Of a DNA stretch of 64,000 nucleotides, positions 20,948 to 29,832 are shown piece by piece. The position numbers and the translations under genes were made by a program. A model generated the notes under the pieces. The model saw only the letters and a program-made list of their open reading frames with translations. It was not told the origin of the DNA and did no database searches. Numbering within the stretch: the stretch's first letter is position 1; the number at the start of each line of letters is the position of its first letter. The DNA is from Pirellulales bacterium (GTDB taxonomy: Bacteria; Planctomycetota; Planctomycetia; Pirellulales; JAICIG01): the NCBI GenBank assembly GCA_040901675.1, contig JBBDYJ010000011.1, positions 1-64,000 on the forward strand, given 5' to 3'.

Positions 20948-22576
20948 TTACTTGTGACAGTCCGCTCATCCCGCCCCCAGGTTGTTCTTCAGCAGGGCCG
21001 CCCGCAGCACGGCGCTGCCCCGGCCCGCCACCACTTCACCGGGCAGCACGCCGGCCACCAGCTCGGTGAACTGATCGAGCTTGGCGGCCGGGCGGACGGT
21101 GCGGGTGTGGAACACCTTGGGAGCGTCCTTCTTGAAAAAGTTCTTGTCGCGCACGAAAACGACGTGGCACGAGCCGTCCCAGTGGATTGCCTCACTCGGC
21201 ACGGCGATGGCCTGGCTCTCTTCGCGGAGCACGATCTGTCCGCTGCCGTAACTGTGGGCCCGTAAATCGCCGGAGCGATTCTCCAGCGTGGCCCGCACCG
21301 TCACGGTGCGGGTCCTTGGGTCCACGGCCGTGCTGATCCAGGTCACCTGGCCCGCCGCCTCGCGCGTGCCGCCGTCGGGGCGGAATCGTACCTTCTGGCC
21401 CAGGGCGAGATGGCGCGAGTCTTCCTGCCGGGCGTGCAGCGTCAGCCACATCTGGCTCGGATCGGCCAGCACGAACAGTGTCTTGGCCGGCTCGACCACT
21501 TCGCCGGCCACTACTTCGAAATCGACCACCACCGCGTCGAACGGCGCCGTGATCGGTATCAGGTTGGCTGTGGTGGTCTCGGGATTCAGGCCGTCGGTAA
21601 GCTCCTTTGGCAGGCCCAAAAACTGCACCCGCTCGGCCAAGGCTTCATCGGGCAGATCCATGAGCTCGTCGGCATCCACCGGCAGCCCCAGGTTCACCAG
21701 TGCCTGGCGTGCGCCCAGCAGGCTGATCCGCGCCGCGCTCAGCTCGGCCCGGCCCTCGCGAAGCTGCCGCTCGGCCAAGGCCGAAGCCACCGCCTCCAGC
21801 CGATCGAGCGCCTGTTGCTTCAGCCGGGTCTGCACCACGGCCTGCAGCAAGGCCGCCTTGGCCCTGCCCACTTCGGCCGCGTCGATCAGGGCCAGCACGT
21901 CGTGCTGCTTCACTTGCTGGCCGAGCTCGGTTTCGACCCGCCACACCGTTCCGGCCACACGGGGCGCCAGATGAGCGACCCGCGACTGGTCGTAGATCAC
22001 TTCGCCGGCCGCGTCGATCGACTCGGTGATCGGCCGCCGTTGGACCACCTCGACCTGGACGCCCGCCCGCTCCACCGCATCGGCCGAAGCAAATTGCACG
22101 CGGCGGCGATAGAGCTTGCAACGGCTATTGTTCTCGGGGCGCTGGGTCAGCGCCAGGGCCCGGCGCGAGCGCGCCAAGTCGTCGCCGGAAAGCTGGGGCG
22201 GATCGGTCAACTGGGCCACGTCGGGATGACAGAGCGGGCATTGGTGTACTCCGTGCTCGCCGCACCACCCGTAGTCCTTGCCCAGCGGGAGCACGTCCGG
22301 CTGGCACTCCACGCAGCCCGACTCCGGCACGTCGTGCGCGGCGCACCAATCGTCGATGCTGGCGTCGCCGCCGCTCCAAAGCGCCGAGAACTTCGGCACC
22401 GCCCAACCGTTGCGGTGGCCCAGGTACGCCGCGGTGGCCAGGCCGGCCAACACCAGCAGCGTGGGCAGCACGTGGCCCGCCCGGGTGTGCCACGGCAGGG
22501 GTGACCGGCTCTCGGGAATGGCGAGAGTCGATTGGACGGACTGTTTGTCGTCGACCAGTTGATTGGATTCGGACAC
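20948..22576 (-). CDS. czcB: CzcB-like RND periplasmic adaptor, probable selenoprotein ending GAG-U-ADCHK (ends at 20966 if TGA is a stop)
   Basis: Membrane-fusion-protein motifs (APRVAG.V, ITAPFDAVV, VDPRTRTV.VRA); Cys/His-rich N-terminal region; GTG start after AGGAG. Confidence 0.9.
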
Positions 22577-22689
22577 GGCGGACACTCCTGGACAAACGCG
22601 GCGGAACTCGTGGGGAGCACGACGCTGCCGGCGGGACTGGCGCAGCGACGGCGCTGCGCGAGCCGGCAGAACAACGAGAAGAGATCCGC

Positions 22690-23133
22690 TTAGAGCGTCA
22701 GCGACGATATGCGGGCGCGCAGCGCGCGGCCCGCCGGCGGGGGTGGCCAGCAATCGGCGTCGATCGGAGCCCCCACGGTGGCCGAGGCTGTCTCAAGGGC
22801 ATTCGATGCCGGCGGCGCGAGAGAGGTGAGCTGAAGGTGCAGGTCCCGCTCGGTGCCTGCTGAGTTGGCGACGACAACCGGCAATGCTCCCTCGCAGAAG
22901 CAGGTCCGGCCGGGATGACCCGGTTCGGATCGGCACGGTCCATCCGGGTGGTCATCGTCGGGCCGTGCAGTCCCTTCATCCGGTTGCCGCGAGGTGCAGC
23001 AGGGCGCCGGGGCTGATGCCTGGGCGGTATCCCGCCGCTGCACTTCTCCCTGGCAGCCCCCCTCATCGGCGCAGCACGAATAGGGGCATCCGAGAATGCT
23101 CGCGATCACGAGGTGGACAAAAAAGCCGCGCAT
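22690..23133 (-). CDS. Cys-rich hypothetical protein heading the metal-efflux operon
   Basis: Hydrophobic N-terminus, CPYSCC, CC and CFCEGA motifs, PPPPAGR C-terminus. Confidence 0.65.
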   Translation of the reverse strand: MRGFFVHLVIASILGCPYSCCADEGGCQGEVQRRDTAQASAPAPCCTSRQPDEGTARPDDDHPDGPCRSEPGHPGRTCFCEGALPVVVANSAGTERDLHLQLTSLAPPASNALETASATVGAPIDADCWPPPPAGRALRARISSLTL

Positions 23134-23450
23134 TGCAGTAGACAACCTATCCGAGGGGGCCTCCACCTATGCTAGGCCACCCCCGACCGCCGGTCAACGC
23201 CAAGGGCTTTTTTGATGTTCGCTTTTGGATGGGCATGACGTTGGCCATTCGCGACGCGCTCCCTTTTCAAGGGCCGGTTGCTGGTCTCCATTAAGCGCCC
23301 ACTGGCAGCCTTGGCGACCAGTCGGATTGTTTCGCCTCGACCCCAGCCGTCTATGTCTCAGCTGGGGTCGTTTCGTTTGCGGCAGGGTGACCGAGAGGAA
23401 GGTAGCTGAGTTATAATCGGCAATCCGGGCCGCCATTCAAGCTGAAGCCC

Positions 23451-23473
23451 CGCGTGGGTTCAACCCACCCTGC
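23451..23473. repeat. GTAG-family-like REP palindrome
   Basis: Reverse complement reads GCAGGGTGGGTTGAACCCACGCG. Confidence 0.5.
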
Positions 23474-23521
23474 CCCTCGTTTTCCCGGATTTCTGCGCGC
23501 CCCCGGACAACCAGTCTGTCG

Positions 23522-23686
23522 TTATTCTGACGGCCTATCGCAAGATGTGCCAGGATTTACGGGACCTGCCTGCCCTTTTTTCGCCTTTTTAGCCACAGAT
23601 TCCCAAGGCGTCGTCTTGTCCGCCTTTGATGCATCAATGGCCGCTTCAACGACATTCCTGGTGCTCGGTCGCGCTGGTTTTTTCAT
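23522..23686 (-). CDS. Small basic hypothetical protein
   Basis: Short ORF in a lower-GC patch, following the protease remnant. Confidence 0.3.
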   Translation of the reverse strand: MKKPARPSTRNVVEAAIDASKADKTTPWESVAKKAKKGQAGPVNPGTSCDRPSE

Positions 23687-23696
23687 CAATCCACCC

Positions 23697-23960
23697 TTAG
23701 TTTTTCGGTCCATTGACAGCCTCCATCGGAACGAGTGGGCCGATAGCAGTTACTCCAGAACAATGCTCGGCGATCTTATCGACCACCGCAACTTGCTCAG
23801 GTAAGGCATTAGCAATTTGCAGACCAAGGGACTTGGCTTCGTCAATATCAATTACGAACGAATGTGTAGGGTAGTTCTCCACAAGGCTTCGTGCAATGCG
23901 GGCTGCACTTTCCTTGTCGAACCTTCTCCCCAAAAGCCTCTTGGCGTATACGCCGATCAG
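23697..23960 (-). pseudogene. 3' remnant of an SDH/Clp-fold serine peptidase gene
   Basis: YAKRLL..AARIARSLVENYPTHSFVIDIDEAKSLGL; no start codon of its own; lower GC than the flanks. Confidence 0.6.
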
Positions 23961-25399
23961 CCGGACTCCGGCCGCGTACTTCCGACCTGGAGACTCGAGC
24001 GCTCCCGGTGCTCGGCCAGGTTGGCTTGCTCCTGGTCGTAGTCCAGACCCCGGCGAAGAGACCATGTCTGCGGCGAAAGCACCCCGGCCGAAAACTCGAT
24101 CTTGGCCACGTGCGCTTCCTTGAGCACGTCGCGCACGGCCAGCGAGGGACCGGCCGCCTGGATCTGCACGATTTGCCTCACTTCGGCGGGCAGGCGGCCG
24201 GCGCCGATCGCCGCCTGGACCACCCGCCACATCAACTCCAGGTCGTCGGCCACCTGCTGCGCTTGCAGCCGCTCGAACATCTTCACCGCGGGCCCCTCGG
24301 CCACCATGGTCGAAGCATAGGCGGCGTTCGAGGCGTCGCTGGTCAGCATGAACTCGGGCATCACCAGGCGGCTGGCGATGGCCCGCAGCTCGGCCTGCAA
24401 AACGGTCACATAACTGCCCGCGTTGAGGCCGGCCGCCGGGAAGTCGTACTCGATACCGCCGCTGGAGTCGAGGATCGTGCCCGGCGCATAGCGGCGAAAA
24501 TGCGTGGTCTTGCCGGTGCCGGCACGCGTGACGCTCACGTCGGCCTGCCCGGCGGCAAGCTGCTGGACGGCCGTCCTCGAACTCGAATGGTGCTTGCGAA
24601 TGATGGCGATCGCCGACTGGATCTCCGACACCACGCTCATGTTCCGCAGCAGCTTCTCGGCCCGCCTCAGGTTCTTGCGGACCGGATAGAACAACGGCAG
24701 GCCGCGCTTCTGGTTGGCGTCGACGTTTGCCTTGCGATGCTGCACCTCGGCCGGTTCGATCGGCTCGCCATCCACGTAGTAGGCCAGCACCGTCTCCACG
24801 TCGTCCGGCTCGGTTTGAATCCCGAACCGGGCCGCCGGGTCGTGCGCCAAGGCCTGCGGCGTGCTGACCTGGGCCGGTTCGACGAAGCGCACGCGCGTGG
24901 CGCCGCCGACGCCGACGAACAGCCGCAAGAAGACTTCGCCGTCGCGGTCGCGCCGCAAAACGATCTCCTGCTGCCGGCGGTGCCACTGGTTGTCGCGCAC
25001 AAAGCCGTCCACGACCTCCTGGACCCGGGCCAGCAGGGCGCCGGGCGCCTCGCGGCCCTTGCAGCCTACCGCCCGGTACGTGTGCCCGGCGCCGACGATG
25101 TAACTGACGCGGTTCTCATGGCCGTTGATGGCGAACTCGTTGGTCAAGGCGAGCCAGCGGCAGTGATCGCGGATCTCGCCCAGGGTTTGCTCGTTGTCGA
25201 AGGCGGCGGCCGCGGCATATTGGCCGGCATCGCCGCCGTGGGCGCCCAGCGCCAGCCAGCGCGTGCCCTCCGAGTCGAAAAAGGCCTCCCGCGGGTCGAC
25301 GAAATCGTCCCACATTTCGTCGTAGGCTTCGAGCAGCCGCGTCTCGAGCCGCTTGAGCCGGCCATTGCCTCGCCGGTTCGACTTGTTGCGCCTGGTCAT
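23957..25399 (-). CDS. Phage portal protein
   Basis: NEFAINGHENRVSYIVG, RDRDGEVFLR, RFVEP..V, KRGLPLFYPV, DASNAAYAS; adjacent to TerL. Confidence 0.85.
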   Translation of the reverse strand: MTRRNKSNRRGNGRLKRLETRLLEAYDEMWDDFVDPREAFFDSEGTRWLALGAHGGDAGQYAAAAAFDNEQTLGEIRDHCRWLALTNEFAINGHENRVSYIVGAGHTYRAVGCKGREAPGALLARVQEVVDGFVRDNQWHRRQQEIVLRRDRDGEVFLRLFVGVGGATRVRFVEPAQVSTPQALAHDPAARFGIQTEPDDVETVLAYYVDGEPIEPAEVQHRKANVDANQKRGLPLFYPVRKNLRRAEKLLRNMSVVSEIQSAIAIIRKHHSSSRTAVQQLAAGQADVSVTRAGTGKTTHFRRYAPGTILDSSGGIEYDFPAAGLNAGSYVTVLQAELRAIASRLVMPEFMLTSDASNAAYASTMVAEGPAVKMFERLQAQQVADDLELMWRVVQAAIGAGRLPAEVRQIVQIQAAGPSLAVRDVLKEAHVAKIEFSAGVLSPQTWSLRRGLDYDQEQANLAEHRERSSLQVGSTRPESG

Positions 25400-25437
25400 G
25401 GTATGGCTCCTCTGCCTTGCGATTGAAGGTTGCCTTG

Positions 25438-27093
25438 TCATTGAATGCCCAGCCGTCCGCCCAGGCCGTCGTCCGGCTCGGGCGGGCTGAGCATCTCCAG
25501 CGCCAGCCGGATCGCCATTTCGGCGGCGTCCGGACCGTCGTCGTGATCGCCGGCGGGAAAGTCCTTGAGTTGGTTCACGAGCAACTGTGTCGAGGGAGAC
25601 CCGCTCTTGAACCGCAACTGGCGGCTCGACAGGTAGGGCCCCAGCCGCCGAATTCGCACCAGCTTGTTCACCCGGTTGTCCAAGGTCCAGGGGCGGACTC
25701 CCAGCAGCCCTTGCCGCACGAACTCCTGGGCAAACTGTTCGCTCAGCAGGTCCTGGAACTGGTTGGCCTCGATTCCAAACGCATCGGGACGAAAGCGCCG
25801 GAACAGCTCGACCCCGTCGGCGACCATCTGCGGCGTGGCCCGCCGGGCCAGGTCGGCTTCCATGTACAGCGTCCCCTGTTCGTGCACCCCCAGCAGCACG
25901 TAGGCCGAGAAATCACCGCGGCGGGCGTCGGCCCCCTTGCTCGGATCCAGCGCCATCGTCTTCACCCGCAGCCGGCCGGGCCACTCCTCGAACCAGATCC
26001 GCGCGTCGAAGTACGAATCGGGCCACTCGCACGACTCCGGGTTGATCGGCGAGCCTTGCTTCTCGCGCTCGAAAGCGGTCCGGCCGCTCTCCACCCGCAT
26101 CCGCATCAATGTGTACAGGTCTTCTTCGTCCGGCCACAGCAGGATCGCGCCCTCGTCCATCGCCGAGCGGTGCTCGAGGTAAAAGTGCTGGGCGGCCTGC
26201 TGGTAGTCCGGGTTGTCGCGGTCGGTGTACACAGCTTCCCACTCCTCCCACAGCGGCATGTTGCGAGGCCAGTGTTCGATGGCCCGAAAAACCTTGGAGT
26301 TCCAGCCCGGTGTGCGGTGCAGCTCCATGGCCAACGCATCGCGGTGCAGCGCGGTGGCCAGGTTCAGCACGTTGGTCTTCTTCGTGCCCGCCTTGAGCAG
26401 CGTGCCATGAAACCAGCGCCGCGAGCTCTCGCGCCCGGCCGCCGACTCGATGTGGCGATCGTTTTGCAGGTCGTCGCAGATGATCAGCGTCGGCCGGTTC
26501 GCCCGCCGCCGCCGTCCCCGGATCCGCTGCCCCGTGCCGAACGCGTCGATGGCCACTCCGTTGGCCAGCGCGATCGAGTGCTCCCGCCAGACCGGCCCCC
26601 GCCCGTAGGCGGCCGCGTAGGCCTCGGCCAGCCGCTCGTTGTCGACCAGCTCCGCCTTGATGTTCTCCAGGTGGCTCGAAGCCTGGTGCTTGGTGTCGGA
26701 AACGATCCAGATATAAGGTTCCCAGGCCTCGACCGCGGCCCGCAACGGATAAGCCAGCGTGCCGATCGTCGATTTGGCCCCGCCCCGCGGGCCGATGGCG
26801 TTCAGCTTGTTCCCCCGCCGCAGGTGCAGCCCTTCGAGCTCTCGCTCCAGCCACTGGTGCATGGCCGAAGCGGGACGCGTGAAGTGCTCGGGCAGGTAGG
26901 CGCGGCCCCAAGCCAACAGGCCCGCCTCGCGCCACGGCCGGCTGCCGAGGTCCCGCATTTGCTTGATTCGTTCGATCAGTTCGACTTGCGTCTGCCGCGC
27001 CACGGACCATGGGAGTTGCTCGTGCATCGACTCCAGCAGGTATTTTTCGCGGTCCTCCCGTTCTCGGTCGCGGCCGCCGCCCTCACTCGCCAT
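25438..27093 (-). CDS. Phage terminase large subunit
   Basis: Walker A PRGGAKST, Walker B LIICDDLQ, nuclease motifs ALDPS..DFSA and HDDGPDA. Confidence 0.92.
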   Translation of the reverse strand: MASEGGGRDREREDREKYLLESMHEQLPWSVARQTQVELIERIKQMRDLGSRPWREAGLLAWGRAYLPEHFTRPASAMHQWLERELEGLHLRRGNKLNAIGPRGGAKSTIGTLAYPLRAAVEAWEPYIWIVSDTKHQASSHLENIKAELVDNERLAEAYAAAYGRGPVWREHSIALANGVAIDAFGTGQRIRGRRRRANRPTLIICDDLQNDRHIESAAGRESSRRWFHGTLLKAGTKKTNVLNLATALHRDALAMELHRTPGWNSKVFRAIEHWPRNMPLWEEWEAVYTDRDNPDYQQAAQHFYLEHRSAMDEGAILLWPDEEDLYTLMRMRVESGRTAFEREKQGSPINPESCEWPDSYFDARIWFEEWPGRLRVKTMALDPSKGADARRGDFSAYVLLGVHEQGTLYMEADLARRATPQMVADGVELFRRFRPDAFGIEANQFQDLLSEQFAQEFVRQGLLGVRPWTLDNRVNKLVRIRRLGPYLSSRQLRFKSGSPSTQLLVNQLKDFPAGDHDDGPDAAEMAIRLALEMLSPPEPDDGLGGRLGIQ

Positions 27094-27535
27094 GGTTGAG
27101 CGGCTGAAAATTCTTCACGAGCGTGTCAACCCGCTGGAGGATCTTGTCGCAGACGAGCGTATCGGGCACTTCGGAAACGATGACCTCGGCATACTGTTTG
27201 AGCAGGTGCGAGACCTGTTCCGCGGTCACCGTGCCCGGACCTCGCCGCGCGTACCGCTCGGGATAAAGCCGCTCGAGCACCCAAGCGCTCGCCCGCCAGC
27301 ATTTCTTGCTTGCCGTTTCGATGTTCTGGATGTGAATGGCCTCCGGCTTCGACTCGGCCCGCCGGAGACAATCGTGGAAGGCCGCGTCCTGGTTGGCGGC
27401 GCGGCGAATCGCGTCGACCGAGCAGCCCGCCTGCCTGGCGGCGGTGCGGCGGCTGGCGCCCATGGCTACCAGCTCACAGATCTTCTCCTGGCAGGCGCCG
27501 TCCAGTTCCATATCGCCGTTTCGCTCGTTGTTCAT
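27083..27535 (-). CDS. Terminase small subunit-like HTH protein
   Basis: HTH GASRRTAARQAGCS; WRASAWVLERLYPERY; overlaps the TerL start; ATGA-coupled to the upstream gene. Confidence 0.7.
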   Translation of the reverse strand: MNNERNGDMELDGACQEKICELVAMGASRRTAARQAGCSVDAIRRAANQDAAFHDCLRRAESKPEAIHIQNIETASKKCWRASAWVLERLYPERYARRGPGTVTAEQVSHLLKQYAEVIVSEVPDTLVCDKILQRVDTLVKNFQPLNHGE

Positions 27536-28821
27536 GGTTTTTGCCTGTTGGATTGAGTGGTTGAAATCCGGCCGGGGGGCAACGTGCCTTCCGCGCCCTC
27601 TCCGGCTGGCCCCAAGTATTCGAAGCTGGTCACCGAGCGGCCGGTCGATCCCGTGTAGCGGCTGGTAAACCCGCACTTGTGCGAACCATGCTTCATGACC
27701 CGCGCCAGTTGCCAGCGGGCCGACCGGCTGCAGTGCGAGAGCATCGCCGGGTGGCTGGTCGTCAATCGCAGCCGGTCTCTCTGCTGGCGGTGCAGGTCGC
27801 CCACCGCCTCGGCCAGCCGCGTGCCGATGCCGATCCCCTGGTAGTCTGGCAGCGTTACCAACCGGCTGATCCTCCAGATGCCCCGGCGGCCCAAGAGCGG
27901 AAGCGTCGCGCAAAAGGCCACAGGCGTGTCCGACCAGCATGCCAGGAAGCAGCGGCTGCCGAAGTTCAACGAGCCGCTCAAATAGTGATGACGCGCAAAC
28001 AGTCGCCAAGCGCACTGCCGGCAGCGAAACACCGATAATTCGATGGCGGGCCGCCGAAGCTGCCTCCAATGGGTCGTCCCTGGTCCCGTGTCGACGATCC
28101 AATCGGGCTCGAGCCATTCGGCTACGTCGTAGTGGCAGGTGATGGCCACGAACCGGCAGTGGATGCCGCCGCCGCGCAATGCCTTGACCAGCGCCGCCGA
28201 AGCAATGCGCGCCGCCGTGCGATCGACCGCGCTGGTGAATTCGTCGAAAGCGACCAGAGGCAAGCGTGCCAGCGATCGGGTGCGGCCCGCCGCCATGGTC
28301 TGGGCACCGCCTTTCCGCCGCTTGCCGCCGGCGGGCTCGCGCGCGGCAATCATCGCCGCGGCCAGGGCACGGGCCAGGTCGCAGCGGAAGCGCTCGCCGC
28401 CGCTGAGCACGTGGTGCGGCTTGAGCCACGAGGGCGGCGCCCCGAAACCGACCGCCGTGAACACCTGCACGATTTCCTCGACTCGCATTTCTCCCAGGCA
28501 GTCCAGCACGGCCCGATCGGCCGGCCACGACACGGCGCCGGCCAGATCGCGGCCAAATGCCCGCCGGGCAAGCGACGTTTTGCCGCTGCCCGACGGGCCC
28601 ACCACCAGGCCGATTCGCCACTCGGCCTTCCGGTCCGGAAACTCGGCCGCAAAGGTCTCCCGCAGCGTGCTGGCCGGCGGCAGGTCGAACATCCGTGCCA
28701 CCTGCCGCACGCGGTCCGAGTCGTGCAACCGGCAACGCAGTACCGCCCTGACATTGCGCGTGCTGGAAATCGGCCGTGGTTCGCCGGCAGGCGCCGGCGT
28801 CTCGCTGCTCGCCATGTTCAT
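27532..28821 (-). CDS. ABC-type ATPase fused to a GNAT (Mom-like) acetyltransferase
   Basis: GPSGSGKT, LSGGE, VAFDEF, TCH; then FARHHYL and SRLVTLPDYQGIGIG. No TM domain. Confidence 0.85.
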   Translation of the reverse strand: MNMASSETPAPAGEPRPISSTRNVRAVLRCRLHDSDRVRQVARMFDLPPASTLRETFAAEFPDRKAEWRIGLVVGPSGSGKTSLARRAFGRDLAGAVSWPADRAVLDCLGEMRVEEIVQVFTAVGFGAPPSWLKPHHVLSGGERFRCDLARALAAAMIAAREPAGGKRRKGGAQTMAAGRTRSLARLPLVAFDEFTSAVDRTAARIASAALVKALRGGGIHCRFVAITCHYDVAEWLEPDWIVDTGPGTTHWRQLRRPAIELSVFRCRQCAWRLFARHHYLSGSLNFGSRCFLACWSDTPVAFCATLPLLGRRGIWRISRLVTLPDYQGIGIGTRLAEAVGDLHRQQRDRLRLTTSHPAMLSHCSRSARWQLARVMKHGSHKCGFTSRYTGSTGRSVTSFEYLGPAGEGAEGTLPPGRISTTQSNRQKP

Positions 28822-28861
28822 GGTCCTGGGACGGGGGATCGACGACTGCCTTCGGCGACGG

Positions 28862-29221
28862 CTACCGGCTGATGCTGCGCTCCAACGAGAACGAGCGCAC
28901 TTGCTGCCGGCCGAATAGTCGGCCGCGGCGGCGCGACTGCGAGCGCTCTCGGACCACCAGCGGAACAGCCGCCACGTGGGACGAGACCAGCGGCGCCGAT
29001 ACGACCTGTGCGCTGAACACCTGCACGGAGGGAACAAAGACGACGGCCTGGTTGGCAACAAACGCGGATTGCAGTGCCACGCCGGGCACCGCCACTGCCG
29101 GACATGTGCTCAGCGGCACCGCCTGGATCGTGGCCGCCGGCAGGTTGACTGGTGGGCAGGCACTCGACGTGCCGGGCGCGGCCAGGATCATAAACGCAAC
29201 TGCCGCGATGATCGTCCTCAT
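28862..29221 (-). CDS. Small secreted Val/Ala-rich protein with basic tail
   Basis: Signal peptide; ATGA-coupled; AAGGAG RBS. Confidence 0.65.
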   Translation of the reverse strand: MRTIIAAVAFMILAAPGTSSACPPVNLPAATIQAVPLSTCPAVAVPGVALQSAFVANQAVVFVPSVQVFSAQVVSAPLVSSHVAAVPLVVRERSQSRRRGRLFGRQQVRSFSLERSISR

Positions 29222-29832
29222 GGGTTTTCTCCTTGCTCAGACAGGGGTTGAACATCCGATAACTCTTGCAAAAGCTCGCCCAATTCCTGGGCGGAGAGAG
29301 TCGACTCCTTGGGCATCCGCCGGGCCGGATCGTCGTCGAGCATTCGCCGGATAGCCAGCAGCCGCTGCTCGGCGGAGAGCCGCCTTGGATCGCTTAAAAT
29401 GAAACCGGCAGCCGGGCTGGCCTGGCCGTGACACTTCAGGCAGTTCCGCTCGACCAAGGAATGCGGCCGCGGGCTGGAGGCGATCGGCCGGCTGGATCGA
29501 GCGGTCACCCCTTCCGCTCCGACCCGGCGGGCTTCACCCGCGAGGCCGGCGGCATCAGCCGACTCAGGCACGACACGGTTTCCACGTTCGGCAATGGGCG
29601 ATGCAGAGTGCAGGCCCTGGTCGTAAGAGACGTCGTAATAGACAAAGCTGCGAGGGGCCACGGGGACCGCGATCGGTACGGCGAACGGGGTCACGATGAA
29701 ACGCGGCGGCAGCACGACCCTGGCCGCCGAGCGCTGAGGGCCGCACACGCGGGCCGGCCGGGCTAAAGCCGCCGGCGACGCCAGCCAGCAGCAGCCGATC
29801 AATGCGAGCAAACGCACGAACGTACGCCTCAT
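29218..29832 (-). CDS. Secreted protein with planctomycete-type cytochrome c domain
   Basis: Signal peptide; NCLKCHG...RRMPK; ATGA-coupled; AGGAGG RBS. Confidence 0.75.
   Translation of the reverse strand: MRRTFVRLLALIGCCWLASPAALARPARVCGPQRSAARVVLPPRFIVTPFAVPIAVPVAPRSFVYYDVSYDQGLHSASPIAERGNRVVPESADAAGLAGEARRVGAEGVTARSSRPIASSPRPHSLVERNCLKCHGQASPAAGFILSDPRRLSAEQRLLAIRRMLDDDPARRMPKESTLSAQELGELLQELSDVQPLSEQGENP

Noticed and set aside
23194..23450. Short ORFs or transposase remnant
   Set aside because: No recognisable motif; cannot be supported.
27532..28821. ABC transporter
   Set aside because: No permease or binding protein nearby; fused to a GNAT domain in a phage context.
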